From positions 1 through 31,179 of IMG/VR virus record IMGVR_UViG_3300033493_000011: a stretch of DNA of 31,179 bases, one strand, 5' to 3'. The DNA comes from a virus (taxonomy: Duplodnaviria; Caudoviricetes). Shown one piece after another: positions 16,572 through 25,911 of the stretch. Under the pieces are notes generated by a model that was not told where the DNA came from, ran no database searches, and was given only the letters and a program-made list of their open reading frames with translations. Made by a program: the position numbers and the translations under genes. Position 1 is the stretch's first letter. Each line of letters starts with the position of its first letter.

Positions 16572-18014
16572 TTAGCTCGCACACGGCGTTAGATCGAGGT
16601 CCGCCCCGATGATTGCTACGTCCACAGGGTCAGTGATGGTCACTTCATAGACCCGGTTACGGCTTACCCCAAGCCGACGCCAAATCACGCGGCCCAGGCT
16701 GTTCCCAATTCGGCTGAGGGTGACCCACTTCTCACTGGACCAGGAATAGCCGCCATCATCCGAGTAGCGGAGCATGACCTGGGGATCCTGCCCCTGGCTT
16801 GTGCCATCGGTCCCGACCCCGGCCCTAACGTCAAGCTGGAATTTGGAATGAATCGCCCGCTTGAGGTTCGTGGAAACATGCGGAGAGCGCCGACGCCGGG
16901 TAATCGGGTTCGTATCGTCCAGGCGGCTAGAGAAGCCGAGGGTATAGATCCTCCCGTCCTCATAGTCTCCGACGATATGTTGTCCGAAGGCAAATACATG
17001 GCAATTAGGACGCCACCGGCCCTGCTTCCCATCCTTGCCCACGCTCTGCCACTCAACCCACTGGCCCATGGCGGTATCAAGCACCCAAGTCGTTCCAGCG
17101 TTGGTAAAGTTTAGGCAGTAGAAAGTATGCCCGCGCATCTGAAAGATGAAACCCACCGCATCCGAGATCGTTCCATACCCCTGAATGGCCAACTCAACAC
17201 CGTAATTCGAGGCGCGAGTGGCCTGATACCCCACGGCGCGGAGAACAATCCCATTCCCGAATTCGTTCTCACCAAGCCAGTAGAGCAGCTCCCCATCCTT
17301 GGCCGGCGAAAGAGGCGCAGCGCATCCGTGCTCGATCAAAGCGCCCTGCACCCGGTCAAAGGCCAAGCCCGCATTCCCGGAGTCATAATACGGCTCAGTC
17401 GTTCGGCTCCCGAAGATGAAAAGCTGATTCCGGTAGGGCATCAACGTCACTACGTTATCAGGGGAGGCCTCAGCGGTCGCAAAGTTGAGCGGCTGATAGG
17501 TGAGCCCATCGTAAAGCTCACTCCGGTAAACCTCGCCAGAGTCAGGCTTAGCCAGTAGGAAATACCCGTCCAGGAACACCACCTTGGACGAAGAGTAGAA
17601 ATTCGGGCTGGTGATCTGCTGAAAATACTTGTTATCCAACTGGAGGATATATCCGAATTCACCGTCCACCACGATCAACTGCTTCCCGTTGTCAGACATG
17701 GAGACAGCGCCCGATTCAGTCTTGAGCCGCCCCATGAACTTTGTGGACCAATCAGAGAAAATCTGATACAGGCTATTGCCGCCAACGGCAAATACTTCGC
17801 CAGTCGAAGGGCACCGCCAAAGCCCCCTCACCGGGGCCTGAGGCAACAGGCAGACCCGCGTAAGGTCCGGCCTGCACACCAGGGCCCCGATGGAGTTATC
17901 CTTGCCAGTCTGAAGCTCATCAACTTCCGGGTATAGGTTGATCGTCCTCTGGCAATCCAGAGGGACCGTGCTCAACTCGTAGGAAGGTCCCACGAACCCC
18001 GGAAGTCGCGTCAT
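16572..18014 (-). CDS. P22 gp10-like packaged-DNA stabilisation/tail hub protein
   Basis: FVGPSY..INLYPE, VSMSDNG, FLDGYF, FATAEASPD, SDDGGYSWS, WRRLGVSRNRVYEVTITDPV. Confidence 0.9.
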   Translation of the reverse strand: MTRLPGFVGPSYELSTVPLDCQRTINLYPEVDELQTGKDNSIGALVCRPDLTRVCLLPQAPVRGLWRCPSTGEVFAVGGNSLYQIFSDWSTKFMGRLKTESGAVSMSDNGKQLIVVDGEFGYILQLDNKYFQQITSPNFYSSSKVVFLDGYFLLAKPDSGEVYRSELYDGLTYQPLNFATAEASPDNVVTLMPYRNQLFIFGSRTTEPYYDSGNAGLAFDRVQGALIEHGCAAPLSPAKDGELLYWLGENEFGNGIVLRAVGYQATRASNYGVELAIQGYGTISDAVGFIFQMRGHTFYCLNFTNAGTTWVLDTAMGQWVEWQSVGKDGKQGRWRPNCHVFAFGQHIVGDYEDGRIYTLGFSSRLDDTNPITRRRRSPHVSTNLKRAIHSKFQLDVRAGVGTDGTSQGQDPQVMLRYSDDGGYSWSSEKWVTLSRIGNSLGRVIWRRLGVSRNRVYEVTITDPVDVAIIGADLDLTPCAS

Positions 18015-18190
18015 TACTTCTTCTTCGCCGGATACTTCTTGGCGATGGCCTTGTCAGCCTTCAGGTCGGCCTTGGAGCCTTCCTTGAGACCCTTGGTCTT
18101 GTCCATCTTCTCGTCCATGGCCTTGGCCTTCTTGGACGCATTCTTGGGCATCCCCACTTCCTTCTGGTCGATATACTTGCGAGCCTTCAT
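18014..18190 (-). CDS. Small lysine-rich protein
   Basis: ATGA overlap at 18187-18190; MKARKYID...AKKK. Confidence 0.7.
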   Translation of the reverse strand: MKARKYIDQKEVGMPKNASKKAKAMDEKMDKTKGLKEGSKADLKADKAIAKKYPAKKK

Positions 18191-18372
18191 TTCTTGCTCC
18201 ACTTCTTCGCGTTTTCAGCGAATACAATCCGCTTCTTCTCAGCGGGGGTTGCGGTTTTCTTGGCGGCTTCCAGCTTCTTGGCGGGGATCTTCTTACCCGC
18301 AGGAACGCCAAGTTCTTTGTGAAGTTTGCCCTTATTTTCGGGCTTAATCATGATGGGTTTACGCGCTTTCAT
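18187..18372 (-). CDS. Small lysine-rich phage protein
   Basis: GGAG RBS; GKLHKELGVPAGKKIPAKKL motif. Confidence 0.75.
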   Translation of the reverse strand: MKARKPIMIKPENKGKLHKELGVPAGKKIPAKKLEAAKKTATPAEKKRIVFAENAKKWSKK

Positions 18373-18380
18373 CGGCTCTC

Positions 18381-19124
18381 CTAGTCCACCACACGGCCCT
18401 TAGACTTGATGGCAGCCTCAGACGGGCCAGTCGGATTGCCACACAATGCCGATTCAACACGGAGAATCGGGACGATGAGATTCTGAGATTTGATCGTATC
18501 CTTCGCATTCACTGCCACGCGGGCGATATCGGGGTTGACGGGAATTCCAAAGATCGGGGCAATTCGAGTCGCCAAGGTATATACAATGGCCTCTTCGTAA
18601 GCAGGCGGGAACACAAAGTCATCGTTGATGCTGGTCGCCTGTGTAAGCTGCTGAGGCAGATAAAGCACCACAGAGCAGGCCGCCGAAGGAATGGGCCAGA
18701 AATCAAGCGTCTGGAGCGGGTAATCGCCGCGAGGATGGACTTCGAGCGGGAATGTTGACGTTACCGACTTGATCAGGACATTCTGCCAGTCATCGTCCGA
18801 ATCAATATCAATCGGAATTTCCAACGTGGGAGACGATGCAACCGGAATGACGGAAACCTGGTTGAACCAGATTGGGCGATCTACGTTAAAATCACCGCCG
18901 GGGCCAATGGTGTAGCTCTGCTTCGCGATAGTGAGCGGGAAAGTCGTGGGGGTGTATGTGAACACCATCAAAGACTGAGCCGACCAAGTAGAAAGCATCG
19001 CATTGAACCGTCGCAGGCAGGCATCCGCAACAGCCGCGTTCAGACCTTCAGACGGGTCCTGAACCCCAATGAGCATCAGGGCATCATTCAGGACGTCCCG
19101 CACCTTAGTCATCGGAGCCTTCAT
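18381..19124 (-). CDS. Head-tail adaptor, P22 gp4-like (start may be 19112)
   Basis: VRDVLNDALMLIGV...FNAMLSTW...PPAYEEAIVYTLATRIAP; synteny. Confidence 0.82.
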   Translation of the reverse strand: MKAPMTKVRDVLNDALMLIGVQDPSEGLNAAVADACLRRFNAMLSTWSAQSLMVFTYTPTTFPLTIAKQSYTIGPGGDFNVDRPIWFNQVSVIPVASSPTLEIPIDIDSDDDWQNVLIKSVTSTFPLEVHPRGDYPLQTLDFWPIPSAACSVVLYLPQQLTQATSINDDFVFPPAYEEAIVYTLATRIAPIFGIPVNPDIARVAVNAKDTIKSQNLIVPILRVESALCGNPTGPSEAAIKSKGRVVD

Positions 19125-19281
19125 CCTCTACGGGCTGACCCGCATCAAAAGCGGCGGGGGAATCGGCCCATCCCTTGCCGAGCTTCTTGTCTTCACCCTT
19201 GGAATAGACGATCTTTGACTCACCGTCCTTATTATGCCTCCAGGCGGGGTATTCAGGGTTGCCCATAATCAGTATGGACAT
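19105..19281 (-). CDS. Small protein (58 aa, MSILIMGNPEYPAW...GWADSP...), absent from ORF track
   Basis: Translated manually; GAGG RBS; fills the gap between terminator and adaptor gene. Confidence 0.7.
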   Translation of the reverse strand: MSILIMGNPEYPAWRHNKDGESKIVYSKGEDKKLGKGWADSPAAFDAGQPVEDEGSDD

Positions 19282-19291
19282 TTATAACCTC

Positions 19292-19328
19292 AAAAGATGC
19301 CTGCCCACAGCCGAAACCGTGGGCAGGC
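19292..19328 (-). terminator. Rho-independent terminator after the capsid genes
   Basis: GCCTGCCCAC/GTGGGCAGGC 10-bp stem followed by ATCTTTT on the minus strand. Confidence 0.7.
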
Positions 19329-19336
19329 GGTTGTGG

Positions 19337-19759
19337 TTAGTCGAGGCCGCCAAGATCGCGAAGGGTCACGAGCCAGTAGCCAGCGCCCTCAGTAAAGGCG
19401 GTCACAGCGGAAGCCGTGAGTTTGAGTTTGCTGGTAGCGGTTCCCTGCGGGATATTGTAGGCATTCTGCTTGAAGACGTTTGCCACCACGCCCTTAGCCT
19501 GAGCGCCGGCCAAGGCGGTCAGAGTCCCAGGGACGGCCACTCCATCAATGTAGGGAGTGAGGGTCGCGGTCTTGCCACCCGTGGTGATGGGCGTGACGGT
19601 AACGAAGTCCACTTTCTCGACCTCGAAGGGGAACCCAGGGATGTAATCCGTGAGTTCATCCGCATTGGCAATAGCCGAAGCGGCGAAGACGGGCACGGTG
19701 ATGGTGTTGTGACCGGGCTGCGTGAGGTTCTTAGTGACGACCTGAGGAGTGCCTGCCAT
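19337..19759 (-). CDS. Putative capsid decoration protein
   Basis: Strong AAGGAG RBS, follows the coat gene, precedes the terminator, beta-rich. Confidence 0.6.
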   Translation of the reverse strand: MAGTPQVVTKNLTQPGHNTITVPVFAASAIANADELTDYIPGFPFEVEKVDFVTVTPITTGGKTATLTPYIDGVAVPGTLTALAGAQAKGVVANVFKQNAYNIPQGTATSKLKLTASAVTAFTEGAGYWLVTLRDLGGLD

Positions 19760-19783
19760 TTTGAATGCTCCTTTTTTCTTTGA

Positions 19784-20992
19784 TTAACCGACAACGCGGC
19801 AAGCGAAACCGAAACGGCCAAGGGCAGAGCCCCGCAGCACGTCCAGACGCCACAGCTTTTCATCGGTGCGGCCATCCGTGTATTCATACACGCGGATGGA
19901 CAGGTTGAGGTCAGGGGCCTTCATGCGGACGCAGTTCTGGCCCATATCAGGGAGAACGGCGGTAGCGAACACCAGACCATCAGGATGCAGAACGATGCTT
20001 TCCTGAGCCACAGCACCCGTAGCGTAGAAAGGCCGCACACGGGCAGAGGTCAGGGGCACAGAATCAACATTCTGGTTCGGCCCGGAAGCGATGAGGGTTT
20101 CCGTATTCGTGATGGTCATCGCACCACCCGAAGACGTCACAGTCGAGGCAACGCACCACTGCTTCAGGATGCCGAGGCTCTTCTTCGTCACACGGTCAAC
20201 AGCGTAAACGCCATCCACCGTATAAACGTCGCCTTCATTCAGCGTGGATTCCGGGGAGCTGGTCCAAGTGCTAGTGACAAACTGGGTAGCACCGTCAAGC
20301 GTGGTGCCGTTCATCACGGGAGAGCCAGCCCAAACACCGCCAACATGCGTCTGAGCGTTACGATCAGTGCTCCACTTCATGCCAGCGGCATAACCCATGT
20401 TACCTTCCCGATACTGCCGGGAAATTTCCTGGGTCGGGTTGAACACAGTCGAAGTGCCATCGATCACGGAGGCCATCGCAAGTTCATGGAGGACGGCGGA
20501 ATGAGTGCCGTCCTTCGGAGCGCCGCCAACCAGATGAGTCAGCGCCTTGGCCTTATTGAAGGCGGAAACCTTCGTGGGAAGCGTATTGGTAACGCCGGTT
20601 CCATTGATGAGGGCTACTTTCTTGATCTGCTGCCACAGCTCATAGTCAAGCTGCGAAATCACCGTGGAAATGCGGGGCCGGAGCACCTGCTGAAGGTCAT
20701 CGATGTTCAGCGCAAGTTCCTCGCTGGTCACGATGAAATCCGTTCCGCCCTGGGTCACGCTGACGGGGATGTAGGTATCGTTCAGCGCTCCGGGCTGGGC
20801 TACCTTGCCCTCACGCCACTGGCCGTAACCAGGAACGCGGATGTTGCGAGTGGAACCGGCCTGAGCCGTGCCGTCCTGGGCGAATTCCTTGTCATCGCGC
20901 CGGACGTTCTTGATGAGAGTCCCATCACCTTCGATGACCGCGAGGGCCGCCTTGGTGATGTGGACTGCATTATTGTAATTATTCGTCGCCAT
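19784..20992 (-). CDS. Major capsid protein, P22 coat-like
   Basis: 402 aa after scaffold; GDVYTVDGVYAV, LHPDGLVFAT and WRLDVLRG are typical of the P22 coat family. Confidence 0.88.
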   Translation of the reverse strand: MATNNYNNAVHITKAALAVIEGDGTLIKNVRRDDKEFAQDGTAQAGSTRNIRVPGYGQWREGKVAQPGALNDTYIPVSVTQGGTDFIVTSEELALNIDDLQQVLRPRISTVISQLDYELWQQIKKVALINGTGVTNTLPTKVSAFNKAKALTHLVGGAPKDGTHSAVLHELAMASVIDGTSTVFNPTQEISRQYREGNMGYAAGMKWSTDRNAQTHVGGVWAGSPVMNGTTLDGATQFVTSTWTSSPESTLNEGDVYTVDGVYAVDRVTKKSLGILKQWCVASTVTSSGGAMTITNTETLIASGPNQNVDSVPLTSARVRPFYATGAVAQESIVLHPDGLVFATAVLPDMGQNCVRMKAPDLNLSIRVYEYTDGRTDEKLWRLDVLRGSALGRFGFACRVVG

Positions 20993-21015
20993 TGGCGATA
21001 TCCCTTATATGCGGT

Positions 21016-21849
21016 TCACTGAATCATGACGTAGGAGTCACGACGATGCGCGGCAGGAGCCGGGGCATTGGTCCCAGTGAGCGGAGAAATAGGAGGCGGG
21101 GCCTGAGAGACCCTGGGTTCTTTGGTCGGGGCAACATTCAGCTTGTCCTCGATACGAGCCAGTTCCTTGATCGCCCGAATGGGGTCAAGGGCGGTGATTC
21201 GCAGAAGCTCGTCGGGATGCTTGCCGAAGTGGTATTTCAGCGCAGGGGCAATATCAGAAGCGGAGAGAGCAGCATCCACAGCCTGGAAAGCGGGATGAGT
21301 CTGGGGCGTCATACCCCGAACGGTATCCCCGAGGTCCTCCATCACATCGTCCCAATCGGGTTTATCCGATCCAAACTTGGCATCGGCTTCCTTCCAGGCG
21401 ATCTGACGGGCTTCCTGTTCCTTCCTGGCCTGTTCAGCCTTGAACCTCGATTCGGTTTCCTCAGCGGCAGACTTGCGGTGGAATTCCGCAAGCGCAACAC
21501 GCCAAGAGGCCAGATCCTCGAAGTTCTCGATCTGGGGTTCATTCGGGTCAGTAGCGGGCTTCGGAGACTTGATCTGGGCCTCTAGCTCGGCAATCTTCCT
21601 CCGAGCCTCAGCGGCCTCAGCTTCGGCCTTCTCAGCACGTTCCCGAGCCCGGACAGAGCCAGGCTTCTTGTGGGGCTTCTCCTCTTCCTTCGGGGCCTCG
21701 CCCTCTGCCTTCTTTTCGGGCTCACCTTCGATCTTCGGAGGCTCGACTTCAGCCTTCGGGGGTTCAGGAGGGTCCGTCTTGGGAGGTTCAGGCGTCACAA
21801 CAGCGGGTTCGCCGTCATTCTGCGGGCCTAGAAGCTGGTATTCACTCAT
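21016..21849 (-). CDS. Scaffolding protein
   Basis: Pro/Glu-rich coiled coil, YHFGKHPDE and VSQAPPPISP motifs; between portal and coat. Confidence 0.82.
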   Translation of the reverse strand: MSEYQLLGPQNDGEPAVVTPEPPKTDPPEPPKAEVEPPKIEGEPEKKAEGEAPKEEEKPHKKPGSVRARERAEKAEAEAAEARRKIAELEAQIKSPKPATDPNEPQIENFEDLASWRVALAEFHRKSAAEETESRFKAEQARKEQEARQIAWKEADAKFGSDKPDWDDVMEDLGDTVRGMTPQTHPAFQAVDAALSASDIAPALKYHFGKHPDELLRITALDPIRAIKELARIEDKLNVAPTKEPRVSQAPPPISPLTGTNAPAPAAHRRDSYVMIQ

Positions 21850-24059
21850 TGCGCTGCTCCTTCACCGGCAACGGGGCCAGCGGGTTGAACGCCCGGTTGG
21901 GCGGGTTGTTCTCCAGCGGGGATCGCCGGAGGATTAGAGGCCCCCATGGGTGCGCTCGGCTCACCAGCCGGAGGCGTAGGGGGCACAGATTGCGAAAGCA
22001 TGTCGTTATGGGCCAACACAAGATTCTGGAGGTCCATTACGTGTTCAGTGAGCTGGGCCAGGACCGCATTAGCGTCATTATTCGCGTCATCGGTCGGGGC
22101 CTTAGCCTGGAGCTTGGCCTGGATGATCTGGGCCTCAGCACGAATCTGAGCAACCTCGATATCAGTCTGCGAAGCGATCTGGGCCGCACTGAGTTTCGCC
22201 TGATTCTCAAGCTGCTTCGTCTCAAGCTGATCCGTAAGCTCATGCACCTTCGCCGTGAGGGCCTGGATCATTTCCTGGGCCTGCTGCATCTGCTGCTGCA
22301 CCTGGGGCGGGATCGGGGTTCCGCCTTCCTCGGGCTTCTTGAACTGAGGCGGCGTCACACGGTCAGCGAGTTCATCCGCAGCAGGGAAATCCATCTGCCG
22401 GACCAGGATATCCAGGCCATTCTGAGCAACGGCAGGCGCGATCTTCGCCAGATTGATGAGCTGTGCAACATTTTCCTGCCGCTTGGACTGGAAAGAAGGC
22501 CCAGCGACGATGGAAACGTCATATTTCCCGGCGGTGAGGTCATAAATCTTCTCAAGGCCCGTCCGGGGGTCCTTAATGGCCTCAGTAGTGTTCACCGGAA
22601 CAAGACTTTGTTTCCCGTCAATGCCCACAATCCGTAAAAGGCGTTCACCGTCCACAACTTCCGGGATCATATAAAGCGCGATACGCCACAGATGACGAAG
22701 CGAGCGGTTGAAATTGTCCGAATAATGGAAATTCGCGGTCATGCCCTGATTCTGGAGGCTCTTGATTGCTACTCCAGACTGGTTCGCGCTATCCGCAACG
22801 CCCCGAGACGGGTCATACATGCCCGTCACAGCCTTCATATCCTCTTCGGTGTCTTTCAGGGCAATAGTGATGGCCTGAATCGCCGGTTCCTGGATGTTCC
22901 GGGTAGGCTGAGGCATCGGCCGCCCCTCAGAATCAAACGCCTGATAGAACAGGGCCGAATAATTCTGAGTGTTGGCAGTGCTCCAGGTCCGATCACCCTC
23001 CGGGATAGAGCCCAAGGCCACAATCCAGGGTGCGCGAGGTGCGAGGCCGATGGTTTCAGTCTGAGCGGATTTCCAGACGTTAACCATCCGCTGAACGTCC
23101 TTCATTCCACGGACGACGCCCCGATAATCACGCTTGCCGTTGACGATTAGTTCCTTGCCATACACGGGGACAACCGGGATATACCGGCCCGGGACGGTGC
23201 CACGCTCCAGGATCTCGTTAGCGCAAACCTTATACCACTTCACGGTGGTTTTGGTAGAAGGCCGTTCTTTGACGGTTTTATCGCCCTTCTTGGTTTTGCC
23301 CTTCTCCACCGACCGGCCATCGGCAAGAAGGCAAAGCGTGATGGGAGTCCTTTCAAGCTCGTAATATTCCACGATGCGGAAAGTCTCGCCCTTTTGCCCA
23401 ACCCAGCCCGGCGCATCATCACCGATGGAAGTCCATTCAGCGGTTCCAGCGGTTCCGATATCAGCCTTCGGGTATTTCTCTCGGAACTTTTCGCGGTCGA
23501 AATCTTCCTCACCAAAACCCCATTCAGCATCGGACCCGTCCGGCTCAATGCTGTTGGTGTCCAGGTAATACATGAACGGGTTCGGGATGGAACCGATCTT
23601 GATATCCTGATCGAAGGTCGTCTCATCAATGTAACCCGTGAAGAGACGCATAAACCCGAATCCGCATCGCTTCTGAGCCTCAGAAGCGCGGTCATAAGCG
23701 AAATCGGCATTGTAATTCAATTCGACATGACGGAAGTAGCCCTGAAGAATCTCGGCTGTGTCCTTATCCGCCCCATCATTGATCGGGTTCACAGTAGCAG
23801 AGGGCCGATTCTGGCGCTCCTCATTCACGAGCTGGTCAATGAACGGATTGGTCCGGTCAATCGTTAAGCAAGGGCGCCCGGCTTTCTTGCGCTTCGCTCG
23901 TTCCTCTTCCGGCCACTGATTATCCGGATCACAGAAAAGCAAGTCTTCGAGCTGCTTCTCACGCCGTTCCTTTTCGGCTTCATAGGCAAGATCACGCCGC
24001 TTCCGGATTCGCTCCAGAATCTTCTGATCTGCCTTGGAAACCGAGTCAGGATAATTCAT
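21846..24059 (-). CDS. Portal protein, P22-type
   Basis: QWPEE..RPCLTI, EERQNRP, YIPVVPVYG, QRMVN, SGVAI, GKYDVSIVAGPSFQSKRQE, C-terminal barrel coiled coil. Confidence 0.93.
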   Translation of the reverse strand: MNYPDSVSKADQKILERIRKRRDLAYEAEKERREKQLEDLLFCDPDNQWPEEERAKRKKAGRPCLTIDRTNPFIDQLVNEERQNRPSATVNPINDGADKDTAEILQGYFRHVELNYNADFAYDRASEAQKRCGFGFMRLFTGYIDETTFDQDIKIGSIPNPFMYYLDTNSIEPDGSDAEWGFGEEDFDREKFREKYPKADIGTAGTAEWTSIGDDAPGWVGQKGETFRIVEYYELERTPITLCLLADGRSVEKGKTKKGDKTVKERPSTKTTVKWYKVCANEILERGTVPGRYIPVVPVYGKELIVNGKRDYRGVVRGMKDVQRMVNVWKSAQTETIGLAPRAPWIVALGSIPEGDRTWSTANTQNYSALFYQAFDSEGRPMPQPTRNIQEPAIQAITIALKDTEEDMKAVTGMYDPSRGVADSANQSGVAIKSLQNQGMTANFHYSDNFNRSLRHLWRIALYMIPEVVDGERLLRIVGIDGKQSLVPVNTTEAIKDPRTGLEKIYDLTAGKYDVSIVAGPSFQSKRQENVAQLINLAKIAPAVAQNGLDILVRQMDFPAADELADRVTPPQFKKPEEGGTPIPPQVQQQMQQAQEMIQALTAKVHELTDQLETKQLENQAKLSAAQIASQTDIEVAQIRAEAQIIQAKLQAKAPTDDANNDANAVLAQLTEHVMDLQNLVLAHNDMLSQSVPPTPPAGEPSAPMGASNPPAIPAGEQPAQPGVQPAGPVAGEGAAQ

Positions 24060-24325
24060 CACTTCCACCCATGCTCGGCTTGCTTTAGTTCAACGGCACG
24101 GATGCGCGAAGCGGCCACATCATCCGTAGCTGCAAGCCTCTGCTGTTCCCCGCGCATCAACAGCATGTCGGTATGCGCGTTATCGCTGCGCTCGATCATT
24201 ACGGCCATCTGCTTTTGCATGTTCATCGTGGAATAACAGAGCCAGCTAACCAGCCCCGCGATCATCCACATAAGCGCACGGTTCATGGCTTCGGTAAACG
24301 TCAACTGCCTTCGTTCAGCATGCAT
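24059..24325 (-). CDS. Single-TM coiled-coil membrane protein (lysis-associated?)
   Basis: GGAGG RBS before MHAERR; ALMWMIAGLVSWLCY TM segment. Confidence 0.65.
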   Translation of the reverse strand: MHAERRQLTFTEAMNRALMWMIAGLVSWLCYSTMNMQKQMAVMIERSDNAHTDMLLMRGEQQRLAATDDVAASRIRAVELKQAEHGWK

Positions 24326-24378
24326 TTCACCCTCCCCGTAAACGGGGCAAGTCCCGGAAACTTCCTTAGGCCGAATGG

Positions 24379-24969
24379 TCACAGCTTGCCTCCTGCAAAT
24401 CCAACGGCCACGCCAGCGGCAAAGCCTTCGATACGCCCTCTCCAGCGCGATTCCTTTACCGCGTCCTTCCAGGCATTCGTGGCGGCCTGCTGGGCCATGA
24501 AAGCCTTGTGTTCGTCCTGATAGGCGTTCATCCACTGGTCAGACTTCGCGGTCTGATCGGCAAGCGCGATCTTCAATCCCTTGATCTGCGTATCCTGGGC
24601 CTTAATCAACACATCCTGAGCGGCGATAACCTGATCTCGGTTATCACTACCCACAGCCTGCGAGACGGCTGGATTGGCACCCGGCGTAGCAGGAAGGGGA
24701 ACGAGCGGCTTGGCTGCCAAGAGCCGCTTAAGACGCGCCACTTCTGCCCGATCCACGTCATTCTGGGCCGCCGCCAGTTCCGCCGCATGGTCCGGGATCT
24801 GTTGGGCCGCGTTGGCATGGGTCTGAGCCTCCTGGTCCTGCTGATGGGCCGCCACTTCATTCTGTGAGCCCTGATGCTTGTGATACGATTCCAGGGCTGT
24901 CACCACGCCCCACAGCAGCACGAGAGCCGCGCCGAAAGCCGCCAGGATCTGCCAGAGCTTCGGCTTCAT
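24379..24969 (-). CDS. Putative i-spanin (Rz-like)
   Basis: N-terminal TM (LWQILAAFGAALVLLWGVV) plus long coiled coil, within the lysis block. Confidence 0.55.
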   Translation of the reverse strand: MKPKLWQILAAFGAALVLLWGVVTALESYHKHQGSQNEVAAHQQDQEAQTHANAAQQIPDHAAELAAAQNDVDRAEVARLKRLLAAKPLVPLPATPGANPAVSQAVGSDNRDQVIAAQDVLIKAQDTQIKGLKIALADQTAKSDQWMNAYQDEHKAFMAQQAATNAWKDAVKESRWRGRIEGFAAGVAVGFAGGKL

Positions 24970-25118
24970 GGCTTCACCACATGCCAGAGCCGAGCGGTCA
25001 ACATCATCAACCATGCAAGGCAGATATCGAGGCCCAAAATCCAGATGAACGAGGCCACGATTTCAGGCAGCGCATTCGCCATAGCGACTAAAACGTGAAA
25101 AGGCCAGAGGATAATCAT
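24966..25118 (-). CDS. Small hydrophobic membrane protein (50 aa)
   Basis: ATGA overlaps on both sides; hydrophobic. Confidence 0.6.
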   Translation of the reverse strand: MIILWPFHVLVAMANALPEIVASFIWILGLDICLAWLMMLTARLWHVVKP

Positions 25119-25366
25119 TGCGGCGCCTCGCCCTTTTCTTCCTTCTTCCGGTAGGCAACGCCAGCCAAGGTCGCCACAAGGCCGCCAGAGAAGGTCAGAG
25201 CGCCAACCGCACCCGCGCCAAGGTCCCCGTTCTTCCTGATCCAGAAAGCGCAGGCAACGCCAATTCCGAGGAACACACCACACAACACAATCGCGGCAAT
25301 CGCCATAACGTGCCGCTTGGTTGAGGGCTCTCCATAATGGGAAAGGACGCGCCCGATCCAGTTCAT
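25115..25366 (-). CDS. Putative holin (2 TM, charged C-terminus)
   Basis: Two hydrophobic helices, YRKKEEK tail, next to the lysin candidate. Confidence 0.6.
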   Translation of the reverse strand: MNWIGRVLSHYGEPSTKRHVMAIAAIVLCGVFLGIGVACAFWIRKNGDLGAGAVGALTFSGGLVATLAGVAYRKKEEKGEAPQ

Positions 25367-25740
25367 GCGATCACCTGGATCTGGTCAGGGTTCAGGTCAT
25401 GAACCGCTTGGCGGCCAGGTCGGGGGATAACGATGCACCCCTCGGATTCCTGCCCTGTCCGGCGAGGGTCGATGGCAGGGCCATGAACCCAAAAGCCGGA
25501 GCGCCCGAACGTCTCGCCCTCAATCTGGGTCAGCGGAGCGCACATCGGGCCAAGCCGAGGATGATTTTGCCACTTCCCGACGCGATAAAGCCCCCTGGGC
25601 AGGGGGCCAACGGCCTGGACGTCTTCCATGATGGGGTTGTTGAGGCCCTGCCCGTGGCCCGCCCAGCCCAGCGCAACAGTAGCCCCATCATTGTTAGTGA
25701 TGAGGCCCGCGGATTGGCTGTATGTCAGGGTGAGGGTCAT
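25363..25740 (-). CDS. Tlde1/DUF2778-like (L,D-transpeptidase fold) peptidoglycan enzyme, lysin candidate
   Basis: GPLPRGLY, GRSGFWVHG and SEGCI motifs (HxxxxxxxxxxxSxGC). Confidence 0.78.
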   Translation of the reverse strand: MTLTLTYSQSAGLITNNDGATVALGWAGHGQGLNNPIMEDVQAVGPLPRGLYRVGKWQNHPRLGPMCAPLTQIEGETFGRSGFWVHGPAIDPRRTGQESEGCIVIPRPGRQAVHDLNPDQIQVIA

Positions 25741-25884
25741 CGGCACCGAAATGTGCCGGGCCTTACTTGAGGAGGGGTTTGTCTAGGTGGGCCTCTAAGT
25801 TGATGAGCCCTAGCATTATGGTTTCGTCCCCCGTGTAGTGCCCGGCACCTCAGTGTTAGGCAACTCCGTTATACGTGCGTAGAA

Positions 25885-25911
25885 TAAAAAAGGCCCCGGT
25901 TAAGGGGCCTT
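25885..25911 (-). terminator. Rho-independent terminator
   Basis: AAGGCCCC TTAACC GGGGCCTT TTTTATT on the minus strand. Confidence 0.85.

Noticed and set aside
19985-21022. Long + strand ORF (345 aa), and similar ones at 11159-11893, 21849-22637 and 20992-21585
   Set aside because: Antisense shadows of well-supported structural genes in GC-rich DNA; no recognisable motifs.
25795-25855. Hammerhead ribozyme (TGATGAG and GGACGAAAC present)
   Set aside because: The two core pieces are on opposite strands; the minus-strand CTGAGGT does not match CUGANGA.
25855-25861. Isolated GTTAGGC as another attC
   Set aside because: No partner R box or L-box palindrome nearby.
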